Shown piece after piece: positions 19,920-30,500 of a stretch of DNA of 64,000 bases. Both the position numbers and the translations under genes were made by a program. Numbering within the stretch: the stretch's first letter is position 1; every line of letters starts with the position of its first letter. The notes under the pieces were generated by a model. That model was not told where the DNA came from. It saw nothing but the letters and a program-made list of their open reading frames with translations, and did no database searches. The stretch is taken from NCBI GenBank assembly GCA_041650995.1, contig JBAZJZ010000001.1, positions 299,302 to 363,301 of the forward strand, read 5' to 3'. The DNA is from Patescibacteria group bacterium (lineage in GTDB: Bacteria; Patescibacteriota; Patescibacteriia; XYB2-FULL-38-15).

Positions 19920-21176
19920 TTATTCTTTTTTAAGAGCAACAATCGGTTCAAGGCGCGCCGCGGCGCGAGCAGGATAAATTCCAGAAATTAAACCGACTAA
20001 AACAGAAACGCTAACTGCGAGAACAATATATTGCGGCGATAAATGAAATTGCCAGGCAAATCCCAAAGAATTAGCAATCACGCTCACAGCTAAGGAAATA
20101 AGCGTGCCTAAAATGGTTCCGGCCACGCCACCCAAAAAAGTTATACTAACAGCCTCTACTAAAAACTGATTTAAAATATCACGACTCTTCGCGCCAATGG
20201 CTTTACGCAATCCAATTTCAAAAGTCCGCTCGGCAACAGCAACATACATCACATTCATAATTCCTACGCCTCCGACAACAAGTGAAATACTAGCTAGGGC
20301 AAAAAGTAAAATTTTTATCGCGCCAGTAATTGTACCAAGTAACGCTAAACCTTCTGCCGCGGACATCACGGCAAAATCATCTTTTTTAGGATCGTCAATT
20401 TTATGCAATTCGCGCATTCTCGAGATAACATCTTCAACCGTAACTTCTGTGCGAGCAGTATCCTCAACTTGAATAAAAATAAATTGAATGTAATCTATGC
20501 CCAAAACTAATTTTTGTAAAGTACGCAATGGTAAAATGGCAATATCGTCAAAAGAAAAAACTCCGGCACTTCCCCTCTCTTTCATTACGCCAATAACCCT
20601 ATAATTTTGTTTCCCAATTTTTATCCGTTTCCCAATAGCATCTTCATCACCAAATAAATTTTTCTTGATATTACTGCCAAGAACAACAACTCGCGCCAGA
20701 CTTTTATCTTCCGCATCAGTGAAAAAACGACCCCTTTCTACTTCTCCGGAATCTATCGCGTCAAACGAAGATGTGACACCAAAAATTAAAGTTACTTTAT
20801 TCTGATCTTTATAGGAAAAAACTGCCTGGCCGGTCTGCCCGGAATAAATATCACGGACATTGGCAAGTTTCTTTAATTCGTCCGCATCTTTTTCTTTTAG
20901 AGTAGTAACCGTGACGCCCTGCGCCATACCAGCCACGTTTTCGCTTGAGACATGCCCTGTTGAGGGAACTTTTACTTCTACTTCAATGTAGTCTGTTCCA
21001 AACATTGTCACTTGCCCAATAATAAAGTCTTCAATGGCTCGTCCAGCTGAAAGCACGACAATCACGGCAGTAATGCCGACTGTAATGCCTAAAACAGTTA
21101 AAATAGTTCTGAGTTTATGCCGCAAAAGCGCGTCAGTGGCAATATTGATCGGTGTTTTTAAAAAAGAAAAATTCAT
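19920..21176 (-). CDS. MacB/FtsX-family ABC permease
   Basis: VGGVGIMNVM..AVAERTFEIGLRKAIGA. Confidence 0.92.
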   Translation of the reverse strand: MNFSFLKTPINIATDALLRHKLRTILTVLGITVGITAVIVVLSAGRAIEDFIIGQVTMFGTDYIEVEVKVPSTGHVSSENVAGMAQGVTVTTLKEKDADELKKLANVRDIYSGQTGQAVFSYKDQNKVTLIFGVTSSFDAIDSGEVERGRFFTDAEDKSLARVVVLGSNIKKNLFGDEDAIGKRIKIGKQNYRVIGVMKERGSAGVFSFDDIAILPLRTLQKLVLGIDYIQFIFIQVEDTARTEVTVEDVISRMRELHKIDDPKKDDFAVMSAAEGLALLGTITGAIKILLFALASISLVVGGVGIMNVMYVAVAERTFEIGLRKAIGAKSRDILNQFLVEAVSITFLGGVAGTILGTLISLAVSVIANSLGFAWQFHLSPQYIVLAVSVSVLVGLISGIYPARAAARLEPIVALKKE

Positions 21177-21177
21177 T

Positions 21178-22419
21178 TTATTCGTAGCGCAAGGCTTCAA
21201 TCGGATTTAATTTTGCCGCCCGCCGTGCCGGATAAATTCCAAATACTAGTCCTATTAAAATGGAAATCGAGCAAGCAAGCAAAATTGCTTTGTAAGAAAT
21301 TATAAGATCCCATTCGTAACCAAGCTGCCTGGCCACAAGAGCAACTAAAAAAGAAATCGAGATGCCAAAAATTATTCCGACAACCCCTCCGGACAAAGTG
21401 ACAACAATCGCTTCGGCTAAAAATTGGCTTAAAATATTTTTATTTTTAGCTCCCAGGGATTTTCGCAAACCGACTTCCCTGGTCCGCTCCACCACGGCGA
21501 TTAACATTATGTTCATAATTCCAATACCGCCGACTAAAAGAGATATCGCGGCAATAGCCGCTAAAAAATATGTCAGGGAATCGGTAATGGAAGAAAAAAT
21601 TTCAAGAGCCTGAGTTTGCGCCCTGAGACTAAAATCATCAGGTTCATTTTTCTCAAGTTTATGGCGGTCACGAAGAAGCGCCCTGATGTCAGCCACGGCT
21701 CGGTCAACGTTTTCCTCGGAATCTATTTGAACTCTGGCCAAAGAAACGTAATTAACGCCCAACATTATCTTCTGCGCAGTCGAAATCGGAATGAAAGATA
21801 GGGCATCTTGATTTTCAAACATTTGCGTACCCTGTTTTTCCATAACGCCAATTACTTTAAATTCTTCTTTTTTTATTTTAATATTTTTTCCAATAGGATT
21901 ATTATCTCCAAATAATTCTTCGGCAACATCTGATCCCAGCACAACTACCCTGGCCAGGCCCTTTTCTTCGTCCTCACTAAAAAAACGTCCGCTTGCTACC
22001 TCCGCGCCGTGCACTTTAGTATAACTCACCGTTGTTCCGACAAATGTTCCGTCATATTTTCTTTCCCGCCACTGGAAAGTTCCTACTCCGCGATTGTAAT
22101 AAGTCACAGCTATGGCATTCGGGACATTATTGTTTTTCAAAATCGCGTCGAGGTCGGCATTTTTTAAAGTAGTATTAACAATTCCAAGCGCCGACGGCGG
22201 CGGCCCCTCTTCTTCCGACGCGCCTGGAAAAATTCCGATTAAATTTGACCCCATTCCCTTTACTTGATTTAAAATCAAACTCTGCGCTCCACCACCCACG
22301 GAAACAATAATGATGACTGAGGCAATACCAATAATTATCCCGAGCATTGTCATAAATGTTCGGGATTTTTTTGTTTTAAGTCCGATGTAAGCAATGCGAA
22401 TTGTTGACTGCAAATCCAT
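21178..22419 (-). CDS. MacB/FtsX-family ABC permease (paralog)
   Basis: VGGIGIMNIMLIAVVERTREVGLRKSLGA. Confidence 0.92.
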   Translation of the reverse strand: MDLQSTIRIAYIGLKTKKSRTFMTMLGIIIGIASVIIIVSVGGGAQSLILNQVKGMGSNLIGIFPGASEEEGPPPSALGIVNTTLKNADLDAILKNNNVPNAIAVTYYNRGVGTFQWRERKYDGTFVGTTVSYTKVHGAEVASGRFFSEDEEKGLARVVVLGSDVAEELFGDNNPIGKNIKIKKEEFKVIGVMEKQGTQMFENQDALSFIPISTAQKIMLGVNYVSLARVQIDSEENVDRAVADIRALLRDRHKLEKNEPDDFSLRAQTQALEIFSSITDSLTYFLAAIAAISLLVGGIGIMNIMLIAVVERTREVGLRKSLGAKNKNILSQFLAEAIVVTLSGGVVGIIFGISISFLVALVARQLGYEWDLIISYKAILLACSISILIGLVFGIYPARRAAKLNPIEALRYE

Positions 22420-22423
22420 AGCA

Positions 22424-23155
22424 CTATTTTATTAAAACATCTTCGTTTCTAGCAAAAAGGCGCTGCTTAACCTCCTCGTCTGCCTGAACTGTCCCGTCCA
22501 TAACTTTTATAATACGCCGCGCGTGTTCGGCTGTATATTTTTCATGAGTGACAAGAATAATAGTTTTCCCCTTTTCATTCAAAGTTTGCAAAATTTCCAT
22601 AACTAATTTTCCACTTTTAGAATCAAGGTTGCCGGTCGGTTCGTCGGCAAAAATAACTTCTGGCTCAGTTACAAGCGCCCGGGCAATAGCCACTCTCTGT
22701 TTTTCGCCGCCCGATAATTGATTAGAAAGATTATCCATGCGGTGGTATAGCCCGACTGCCTTAATCGCCTCAACAATAGCCTCGTGCTGATCTTTTATTC
22801 TCTTTTTTTCATCGTAGAGAAGCGGAAGGCGGACGTTGTCATACACGGAAGTTTTGGGTAAAAGATTGAAAGACTGAAAAATAAAACCTATCTTCTCGTT
22901 TCTAATTACGGCTAGTTCATCATCAGTAAATTGTGCTCCATCCTTACCCTCAAAAAAATATTGTCCGCAGGTTTGCCTCTCCAAAAAACCTAAAATCTGC
23001 ATCAGAGTTGATTTTCCCGAACCGGACGGCCCCATAATCGCGACAAACTCCCCTCTCCTAATTTCAAGGTCAATGTTATGCAGAACCTTAGTGATTACTC
23101 CATCGTTATCGTATTCTTTGCAAAGATGAATAGTTTTTATAAGCGGCTGTTCCAT
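22424..23155 (-). CDS. ABC ATP-binding protein (MacB/LolD type)
   Basis: [24 protein letters not shown] and DEPTGNLD. Confidence 0.95.
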   Translation of the reverse strand: MEQPLIKTIHLCKEYDNDGVITKVLHNIDLEIRRGEFVAIMGPSGSGKSTLMQILGFLERQTCGQYFFEGKDGAQFTDDELAVIRNEKIGFIFQSFNLLPKTSVYDNVRLPLLYDEKKRIKDQHEAIVEAIKAVGLYHRMDNLSNQLSGGEKQRVAIARALVTEPEVIFADEPTGNLDSKSGKLVMEILQTLNEKGKTIILVTHEKYTAEHARRIIKVMDGTVQADEEVKQRLFARNEDVLIK

Positions 23156-23156
23156 A

Positions 23157-25025
23157 TTAAGGTTTTTTCTCTAAAATAATAACTTTGTCTCCGACCGAGA
23201 GGCCCGAAATAACCTCTACCTCGCCTTCATCGCCGCGCAAACCCACCTCCACGTCTTTCTCTATCGGTTTGCCATCTACGAGAATTTTTACAAATTGTCT
23301 GCCATTTTCATCTTCTTCAAGCGCCCGATAAGGCATAGTCAAAACATTTTCCCGACTTGCTGTTAAAATATCGCAGTTTGCCGTCATGCCAATTTTTATT
23401 TCATAAGTTGATTCATCTATTTCCGCTTTAACTTTATAATAAACAACGTCTTGAATAACTGTTTCCGCCGGATAAACTAAAATTACCTGACCATTAAACT
23501 TGACACTATCAGGGTAGGCATCAAGCGTTATGGAAACTTTATTTCCAACTTTAACCTTGGCGATATCAGATTCGGGAATATCAACCTCAACATAAAATTT
23601 ATTTTTTCCAAGCATAGAAACAACAGCCTTTGTTAAACTTAGCTGCTCGCCCACACTATAATTCACAAATGTTATTTTTCCATCAGTTGGAGCTTTCAGG
23701 ATATAATCATCGAGCTGGCTTCTATAAAATTGGAGCGAAGCGCTCGCCTGCGCGACCTGGGCACGATAATAAGATACGTCTACTGTGCGTGGTGTGGCTG
23801 TTTTATAATCACGTTGGGCTTTAGCTAAATTATAAGAACCCAGGGCGCTATCCACAATAGCCTTTGAACTTGCGAGTTGAACATCTTTACTCGCCATAGC
23901 CGTGGAAAGATTTGTTCTCGCGGCTGTAAGAGTATTGTTAGCGGTATTTACTGCCGCCTGATAAGTATCAATCTGCGTTTGATAATTATTTTCCGCATTT
24001 AAAAGAGCCTGCTGAGCTGACTGAACCGCCGATAAGGCCGTAGAAATTGAAGTTTGATCTGTCTTAACATTTGTTTTTACTGATTCAATTGTCGTCAACT
24101 CTCCTGGATTGCCGGCCGCGGCCGTAGAAACTGCCGCTAAAAGATGAGAAAGTGAAGTTAAAATTTTATTCAATGTGGAACTGACCTGGCTCAAAGCCAA
24201 ACGCACGTCATCTTTACTTTCAGTTATTTTTGCCAAAGCTAAAGTTGATTTGGCAATACCCGATTCATTAACAGCCATCGCCCTATCATTGTCGGCGGCG
24301 TAAATTTCTTGCTGATTAGCCGTAATGCCGCTTCTTACAATTGATAAATTATAATTGATGTTATTCAAAACTATATCACCCAAAAGTAAGTTTGTTTCCA
24401 TGGCAACAATTGCGCTACTTCTGGAATTTACAACTGCCTGATCGTAATAAACTTTTGCGTTTTCCAAATTTTTCCAGCTATCAGCGAGCGAAGTCTCCGC
24501 CGAAGTTACGGCTTTTTCATAACCATCTATATCTTTATCCAATTTTGCCGCCAGGGCATCGTAATCGCGTTTAGCATTTTCATAAGCAATTTTGGCGTTA
24601 TTAACTGTCTCTTCGGAAATTTTAATGTCTTCAGAGCTGGCCCCAGCTAAAATTTTATTTAAATTAGAAACAGCCGAAGATAAACTAGCCTGGGCTTGCG
24701 CCACCTGCGCCTGAGCCGCGCGATTATCAAGACGGGCTAAAACTTGGCCAGTCTTAACTTCATCGTCTTCGCTCACGGAAATCTCGGTCAGCGTTCCCGT
24801 TACTTTAAAATTTAAATCAATTTTTTCAGAAGTAGTAACCGCGCCTGTCGCCGAGACCGTCTGGCTTACGTTACTCATCTTGGCTTCTTCGGTAACATAC
24901 TCAATTTTGTTAGCCTTCATCGCGGCATTAACAAAATATGAACCGCCAAGAATGGCTATAACTAAAATTATCCAAAAAGTCTTTTTTTTGACTAAAGACT
25001 GTAAAAAACTAAATACTTTTCCCAT
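23157..25025 (-). CDS. MacA-like membrane fusion protein with extended coiled coil
   Basis: N-terminal TM, lipoyl halves, long Ala/Gln-rich helical hairpin and beta-barrel C-terminus. Confidence 0.88.
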   Translation of the reverse strand: MGKVFSFLQSLVKKKTFWIILVIAILGGSYFVNAAMKANKIEYVTEEAKMSNVSQTVSATGAVTTSEKIDLNFKVTGTLTEISVSEDDEVKTGQVLARLDNRAAQAQVAQAQASLSSAVSNLNKILAGASSEDIKISEETVNNAKIAYENAKRDYDALAAKLDKDIDGYEKAVTSAETSLADSWKNLENAKVYYDQAVVNSRSSAIVAMETNLLLGDIVLNNINYNLSIVRSGITANQQEIYAADNDRAMAVNESGIAKSTLALAKITESKDDVRLALSQVSSTLNKILTSLSHLLAAVSTAAAGNPGELTTIESVKTNVKTDQTSISTALSAVQSAQQALLNAENNYQTQIDTYQAAVNTANNTLTAARTNLSTAMASKDVQLASSKAIVDSALGSYNLAKAQRDYKTATPRTVDVSYYRAQVAQASASLQFYRSQLDDYILKAPTDGKITFVNYSVGEQLSLTKAVVSMLGKNKFYVEVDIPESDIAKVKVGNKVSITLDAYPDSVKFNGQVILVYPAETVIQDVVYYKVKAEIDESTYEIKIGMTANCDILTASRENVLTMPYRALEEDENGRQFVKILVDGKPIEKDVEVGLRGDEGEVEVISGLSVGDKVIILEKKP

Positions 25026-25074
25026 ATAATTTATAAATAATTATTATTTACATTATTATATCACTAATATCTCT

Positions 25075-25314
25075 TCACGTCTTTTTATATTTTTTTATTT
25101 TTTTTAATACTCCCGTCATTTCATTAATAAGGGCATTAAATTTTTCTGGCTTAATCATGGCGACAATTTCATCATCGTGGGCGAAAACGAAAAATTTTTC
25201 CCCAGAATGGGTTTTCATCACAGATCGGACTTCCTTCGGAATGACAATCTGACCACGTTCTCCGACCGTGGTCACTCCATAAAATTTAAAATCGCTTGGT
25301 GAAAAGTGTGACAT
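25075..25314 (-). CDS. AbrB/MazE/SpoVT-family DNA-binding protein
   Basis: TTVGERGQIVIPKEVR motif. Confidence 0.88.
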   Translation of the reverse strand: MSHFSPSDFKFYGVTTVGERGQIVIPKEVRSVMKTHSGEKFFVFAHDDEIVAMIKPEKFNALINEMTGVLKKIKKYKKT

Positions 25315-25420
25315 AAAATTTTATAATTAGATTTGAAAAGTATGATTTATCATATTTTTGATAATATCAAAAGAACCGCATCGTGTCAATACGGTTCTTG
25401 TGGATAAATTTTATAAAAAA

Positions 25421-25651
25421 TTATTTCTTTTCAACTACTAAGGTACATTTGGTAAGTACGCCCGCAACGGCGCCGACAGCGGCTAAAATCGGAAGAAGAA
25501 CTGCGCCAACCACGACAAAAGTGAGAGGAATTTCGATTATTGTCTCCCCTTTTTCACTTTTGATAATAATTTTTCGGGCGTTTCCCTCCTTGATAATTTC
25601 TTTAATTTTTTTCAAAATTTCTTCGCCGGAAATTTTAAATTCTTCAGTCAT
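25421..25651 (-). CDS. DUF4342-like small protein
   Basis: KIKEIIKEGNARKIIIK...EIPLT...AVGAVAG..TKCT. Confidence 0.75.
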   Translation of the reverse strand: MTEEFKISGEEILKKIKEIIKEGNARKIIIKSEKGETIIEIPLTFVVVGAVLLPILAAVGAVAGVLTKCTLVVEKK

Positions 25652-25666
25652 AAAAATACAAATAAA

Positions 25667-25933
25667 TTATTTATGCTGTTTATTTTTTATGTCAAATTTA
25701 ATGGTAATTATCGTTCCCGCAAAAGCTCCGAGCGCCGCTGGAATCAAATACCACCTGTTATCAACATAAGCCAAAACAACGAGGCCACCTAGAAGAACAA
25801 TGAGCGAGGAAAAAGCCGCCGCGGAAATCGCTTTACCCTTGCTTGTTCGGCGAATATAAAAAACCCAGAGAACATCGGAGGCCGCAGTAGCCAAAAAAAT
25901 TAAAATTACTTCAAACCAGTTAATCTCCGACAT
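25667..25933 (-). CDS. Small membrane protein
   Basis: 88-aa ORF with three TM segments. Confidence 0.7.
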   Translation of the reverse strand: MSEINWFEVILIFLATAASDVLWVFYIRRTSKGKAISAAAFSSLIVLLGGLVVLAYVDNRWYLIPAALGAFAGTIITIKFDIKNKQHK

Positions 25934-25944
25934 AATTAAATAAA

Positions 25945-26526
25945 TTATTTTTTAGTTTCTAAAATTATCGTCTTTAAACTTAACTCGCCCTCGCCGACCT
26001 GAACTGATACCGGCCCGGGCGGCGGCATAAGGTCTGCCGGAAAATTACCCTGGTTAAAATAAATCACGTAATCACCCGGTTTGATTTTAAAAGTAGCGAC
26101 TCCATCCGCGTTCGTATTTCTAAATCCCCCCTGAGGCGGCTGGCCAGTTTCCTTGGCCACATCAACTTCAATGTTAACCACGGGCGCGCCGTTCTGCCGC
26201 ATGACGGTTACTTGTAACTCCGCGTCTCCACTGATATTTTCCGGCATCACACCGCGTCCTAAACTAAAAAGAAGAAACAACAGCAACAATAAGAGAACAA
26301 CATCCAGTCTGAATCTTATTTTTGTCGTCACCAAAAAATATACGCTGACGGCAATTGATGGAATGGCAAAAACGACGAATGGCGACATTATATAAAAATA
26401 CGCGACCGTTATAAAATCTTGGTTAGCTAATATCGGCGTAATAAAAAATAACCAAACCAAAATCAGCAAACCAAAAACGAATCTAGCATACTTGATGATT
26501 TTTACTTTCTGCTCAGACGAAATCAT
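25945..26526 (-). CDS. Membrane protein with carboxypeptidase-regulatory-like beta domain
   Basis: Three TMs followed by TNADGVATF...PGDY. Confidence 0.65.
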   Translation of the reverse strand: MISSEQKVKIIKYARFVFGLLILVWLFFITPILANQDFITVAYFYIMSPFVVFAIPSIAVSVYFLVTTKIRFRLDVVLLLLLLFLLFSLGRGVMPENISGDAELQVTVMRQNGAPVVNIEVDVAKETGQPPQGGFRNTNADGVATFKIKPGDYVIYFNQGNFPADLMPPPGPVSVQVGEGELSLKTIILETKK

Positions 26527-26536
26527 AAAATTAAAG

Positions 26537-27001
26537 TTAATGAATATTTTCCAGATTATTTTTAATTCTATCTGTTAAAAATCTAGAAAAAGCAAGATAA
26601 TCACTTATTGTTCGGCTGTCCACAAAATCAGACCACAAATTTTCCAGGGCGATTTTATCCTGCTTGTCGGTTAATTTCTTAATTTGTGCTTCAATTTCCT
26701 CAACCTCAGAACTGCCAAGCGAGGCAACCTTTATGTCTCCTGCAACTAAAAAGGTTTCAGATGAATCCTTAAGGAGCGACGCGCTAAATTTTGCTTTTTC
26801 CAAACTCTGATCAATCAAGTTGCGAAGTCGATCCAATTCTTCTATATTTCGTTGTAATTCATTTTCTGTTCGTGCCAAATCGTCTCGCGTTATCGCTAAT
26901 TTTTCTTTGTCCACTCCTCCCTGCCAATAAAAATAACCGGCAACAGAAATTGCTAAAACCGCGACAACAATCGCGATTATCAAGTAAATTCTTTGATTCA
27001 T
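26537..27001 (-). CDS. Membrane-anchored coiled-coil protein
   Basis: N-terminal TM helix followed by heptad pattern. Confidence 0.7.
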   Translation of the reverse strand: MNQRIYLIIAIVVAVLAISVAGYFYWQGGVDKEKLAITRDDLARTENELQRNIEELDRLRNLIDQSLEKAKFSASLLKDSSETFLVAGDIKVASLGSSEVEEIEAQIKKLTDKQDKIALENLWSDFVDSRTISDYLAFSRFLTDRIKNNLENIH

Positions 27002-27043
27002 AATAAAATCGATTAACTTTATACCCGATTTTTAAAGACCACT

Positions 27044-27256
27044 CTACGCCCCAAGCACAGAGAATACTCTGTATGCCAAAAACGCCGGCCAAACTATTGC
27101 TTTTAATACTCCCAGCACACCCGCCCAAAAACCGTGTGATTGCTGTACAAAATAAACAGCCGTGCCAATTACGGTTAAAAAATAAAATCCACAAATTGAA
27201 CCACGGGGACCACGCCATTTACGATAATCGCATTTTTCATTTTTTTCATTTTCCAT
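27044..27256 (-). CDS. Small membrane protein
   Basis: IGTAVYFVQQSHGFW.GVLGVLKAIVWPA. Confidence 0.7.
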   Translation of the reverse strand: MENEKNEKCDYRKWRGPRGSICGFYFLTVIGTAVYFVQQSHGFWAGVLGVLKAIVWPAFLAYRVFSVLGA

Positions 27257-27298
27257 AATTTTTTTATTAATAATTTTTCTACGTAATGTATATTTATC

Positions 27299-27320
27299 AA
27301 AACGGAGAGGGCGAGATTCG
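27299..27320 (-). repeat. Duplicate of the tRNA-Ser 3' end (att-like scar)
   Basis: aaaacggagagggcgagattcg is identical to 27417-27438. Confidence 0.85.
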
Positions 27321-27420
27321 GGCTCCTCGGCGCAAGGTCGGCCGCAACGGGCCAGCGGTGTGAGTTCTCATCAAAACCCTCAATTTTTTTCAAATCTGCC
27401 AAAGGGCAAATTTGTAAAAA

Positions 27421-27505
27421 CGGAGAGGGCGAGATTCGAACTCGCGATACCTTGCGGTATGCACGCTTTCCAAGCGTGTGCACTAGGCCACTATGCGACC
27501 TCTCC
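27421..27505 (-). tRNA. tRNA-Ser(GGA)
   Basis: Reverse complement GGAGAGGTCGCATAGTGGCCTAGTGCACACGCTTGGAAAGCGTGCATACCGCAAGGTATCGCGAGTTCGAATCTCGCCCTCTCCG has a long variable arm. CCA is not encoded. Confidence 0.96.
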
Positions 27506-27588
27506 ACATTTTACAATTTTAATCTATTTCTTTATAAAAATCAAACTCCCGCCAATCGCGGCGGGAGTTTTTATCGCTATAAAACCTA

Positions 27589-28338
27589 TTATAAATAGCT
27601 ATCAATAATTTGCTTAAATTGCTCATAAGGAACCGCTCCGCTCACCAACTCTCCGTTCACGAAAGTCGCGGGCGTACCTTCCACTCCGGCGGCTAATCCC
27701 TCTTCTTCTTCAGCGGCAATTTTACTCGCGTATTTTCCGGAATCTAAACATTCATTAAATTTCTTTGTATTCAACCCAAGATTTTTTGCTTCCGCTTTCC
27801 ATTTATCCACGCCCATTGTTCCGGCTTCGTTAGCCGCAAATATTTTATCATACATTTCCCAAAATTTTCCTTGCTCGGCCGCGCATTCTGAAGCTTCAGC
27901 CGCTTTTTGTGCGTTCGCATGGAAAGAAAGCGGATAATGACGAAAAACAACTCTCACCTTATCGCCGTAATTTTCCATAATTTGGTCCGTAGTTTTTTTA
28001 TGGTTTGCGCAATAAGGACATTCAAAATCAGAATATTCAATTAAAGTCACTTTGGCATTTGCGGAACCCTTCACGTGGTCATCAGAAGTCACGGCCGGCA
28101 CTGGGGTATATGACACTTCCGTCGGTTCGTTCGCGACAGGCTGATTAACATTTACTACGGCGTTTGTGTTATTATTTCCATTCTCTTTAGCCAAATTTAT
28201 CCCCTGCCCAGAAAAAGCCAAAGCAAAAAAACCAACTAAGGCGAATGTGCTCATCCCGGCGATTCCGCACATAAGTCCAAGAAAAAAAGATGTTCGCCGC
28301 GTTCCATTTACTAAGTCATTATTCATTTGATCATTCAT
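27589..28338 (-). CDS. DsbA-family oxidoreductase
   Basis: YSDFECPYC, GTPATF and an N-terminal TM. Confidence 0.92.
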   Translation of the reverse strand: MNDQMNNDLVNGTRRTSFFLGLMCGIAGMSTFALVGFFALAFSGQGINLAKENGNNNTNAVVNVNQPVANEPTEVSYTPVPAVTSDDHVKGSANAKVTLIEYSDFECPYCANHKKTTDQIMENYGDKVRVVFRHYPLSFHANAQKAAEASECAAEQGKFWEMYDKIFAANEAGTMGVDKWKAEAKNLGLNTKKFNECLDSGKYASKIAAEEEEGLAAGVEGTPATFVNGELVSGAVPYEQFKQIIDSYL

Positions 28339-28403
28339 AAATTTTAATTAAAAAAATTAATGTTTAATGAGTTAAAAAATTTTACTATAAATATCTGCCG
28401 CTG

Positions 28404-29180
28404 TCAAATTGCACTTTTACTATCAACTTTATTGCGGCGTTTTAATTTGTAAAATAACCAAATTCCGCCCGCCGACAAAATTATTGATAAATACTGCGCT
28501 AAGGTTAATCCAAGGTATCTCGGATCAGAACCGACTAAATCTTCTGCTCGAAAAAAATCCAAGAAAAAACGAACTGCTCCGTAAAAAATGGCAAAGGTTG
28601 AGACGTAAAAACCCGTGAACCGTTCTTTGCGCCGCAAAAATAAAAATATCAAAAAAATAGCTAGACCAAGTAGGGCGTCATATAATCCTAAATCATGGCG
28701 AACGCCGTCAGGAAAATTTACTCCTAAAAAAAATTCTGTTTTTATCCCAGGATGATCGTGAATTGAAAAGCACCCCAGTCGCCCGATAAAAAGCCCGAGT
28801 GGTAAACCGAAGGCCACTGCGTCGGCATATTGCCAAAAATCTAGTTTATATTTTTTTAAATAAATCACTGCGGCAAAAATAGCACCAAAAAATCCCCCAT
28901 AAACCGACATTCCGCCGTGCCATAATTTTAAAATCTCAAGCGGCGCGGCAGAATAAAAATTCAAGTGTTCCACGACAAAAAATATTCGACCGCCGATTAA
29001 AGCAGACAAAATTATCCAAAAAGCTAAATCATAAATGCGATTGGCGTCCAGTTTTCTTTTCTTTAATTCAAAGTAAGCGACAACCATTCCGATAACAAAA
29101 CCCAAGGATACAAAAATTCCCCAAACATTCAATTTCAGAAAACCCAAATAAATTGAGTGATATTCAAACCAAGGAATCAT
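28404..29180 (-). CDS. lgt: Prolipoprotein diacylglyceryl transferase
   Basis: GGRIF, WHGGMSVYGG, GRLGCF and RFFLDFFR. Confidence 0.9.
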   Translation of the reverse strand: MIPWFEYHSIYLGFLKLNVWGIFVSLGFVIGMVVAYFELKKRKLDANRIYDLAFWIILSALIGGRIFFVVEHLNFYSAAPLEILKLWHGGMSVYGGFFGAIFAAVIYLKKYKLDFWQYADAVAFGLPLGLFIGRLGCFSIHDHPGIKTEFFLGVNFPDGVRHDLGLYDALLGLAIFLIFLFLRRKERFTGFYVSTFAIFYGAVRFFLDFFRAEDLVGSDPRYLGLTLAQYLSIILSAGGIWLFYKLKRRNKVDSKSAI

Positions 29181-29187
29181 ATTGACC

Positions 29188-29865
29188 TTATATTTTTCCT
29201 AAAATCATCAAAACGCCTAAAGCAAGCGCTCCTAATCCAAGAATTAACCTTAACCATTTCCTATTCTTGGTTCTCCACTCCTCAATCTGTTTCGCGGAAA
29301 TACCGAAATAAACTAAGCCCAAAATAATAAAAAGAGGCAAGACAAAAATAAAATTATAAAGCAATAAATATGGCACAGCGGAAAGTTGCGTTTCCCGGCT
29401 CGCGAGCAGTCCCAAAATCGCGAGATATACTCCACCAGTGCAAGGCAGTTCAAAAGCAGAAACTAAAAATCCGAGAGCTACGGCCGCGGGAATTGAAGCC
29501 TTGCGCACATATTTTTCAATCAATGGCTTTTTTGATTCCGGAATTGCCAGAGTAAAGCCTTTTCCATACCAAAAAAAATCTTTAACATTAATAAGCCCGA
29601 CAAAAATTAGAATCACGGCGGCAACTTTATACATAATCGCCGCGACGCCAAATGCTGTTAAGACTCTCAACAATCCCAGCCCAGCAAGAAAATAAACTAT
29701 AAAAATTGTGGCGATATAAACCAAGCCGACCCGTAAAATTAATTTTGACGAGCCTAATGCAAGAAGATAGCCCAATAAAAAAATTATTACGGCAAAAGCG
29801 CACGGATTGATTGAATCAATCGCCGCTCCGCCAATAAGCGCTGGGATGGTTAAATTATCAAACAT
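29188..29865 (-). CDS. CcdA/DsbD-like transmembrane protein
   Basis: DSINPCAF and ELPCTG paired cysteines. Confidence 0.85.
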   Translation of the reverse strand: MFDNLTIPALIGGAAIDSINPCAFAVIIFLLGYLLALGSSKLILRVGLVYIATIFIVYFLAGLGLLRVLTAFGVAAIMYKVAAVILIFVGLINVKDFFWYGKGFTLAIPESKKPLIEKYVRKASIPAAVALGFLVSAFELPCTGGVYLAILGLLASRETQLSAVPYLLLYNFIFVLPLFIILGLVYFGISAKQIEEWRTKNRKWLRLILGLGALALGVLMILGKI

Positions 29866-30385
29866 TATTTTTTATCTTAATAATAAAAAATGTAAATATA
29901 ATGCCAAACGTTACAATTACGACAATTACTATCCATCCGACAATTTCGTTTTGGTTATTATTATTCCTCGGCTGGTTGGCATTTAAAGCCGAGTTAACAT
30001 TGTTTTCCGCGGCGGCAAGTTTATCAGCTGGCGACAAGCAAGGTTCAAGAGAACATCTCTCCATGGCGCTTTTTAATTTTTCATAATTTTCACCAATTAT
30101 TGCTTCATTGCCAATAAAAATAGCGGGCACACCATTGGAGGAGATTTTGTAGGCCGTGGCCATCTTTTCAAATAAATCTTGATTTTCTCGATTAAAATAA
30201 ACTTCAAAATCTTTCACAACAAGATTTGGATAGTCAGTTTTTAAACCCTCCAAAAAACTTTTCATCTTGGCGCAGTGCTGACAGCCTTGGCCTTCAAAAA
30301 AATACAATTCTATGGAATTTGCCGCCGATCCAACTGTTGGTAAAACTAAAATTAAGAGAAAAACAATAAAAATAATCTTTTTCAT
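29858..30385 (-). CDS. Exported thioredoxin/glutaredoxin-like protein
   Basis: Signal peptide, GCQHC, GVP and a C-terminal TM. Confidence 0.82.
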   Translation of the reverse strand: MKKIIFIVFLLILVLPTVGSAANSIELYFFEGQGCQHCAKMKSFLEGLKTDYPNLVVKDFEVYFNRENQDLFEKMATAYKISSNGVPAIFIGNEAIIGENYEKLKSAMERCSLEPCLSPADKLAAAENNVNSALNANQPRNNNNQNEIVGWIVIVVIVTFGIIFTFFIIKIKNNV

Positions 30386-30500
30386 ATTCATCTATTTTAT
30401 AATAAAAAACTGACTCAGTCAAACTTCCCAATCTTTTTAGTCCGCTATAATTAAAATAGCCCGCCGACTTGGCGAGCCATTTTTGTAAATCTACCAAAAA

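Noticed and set aside
27175-27507. 110-aa ORF
   Set aside because: Overlaps tRNA-Ser and its duplicated end, so it is spurious.
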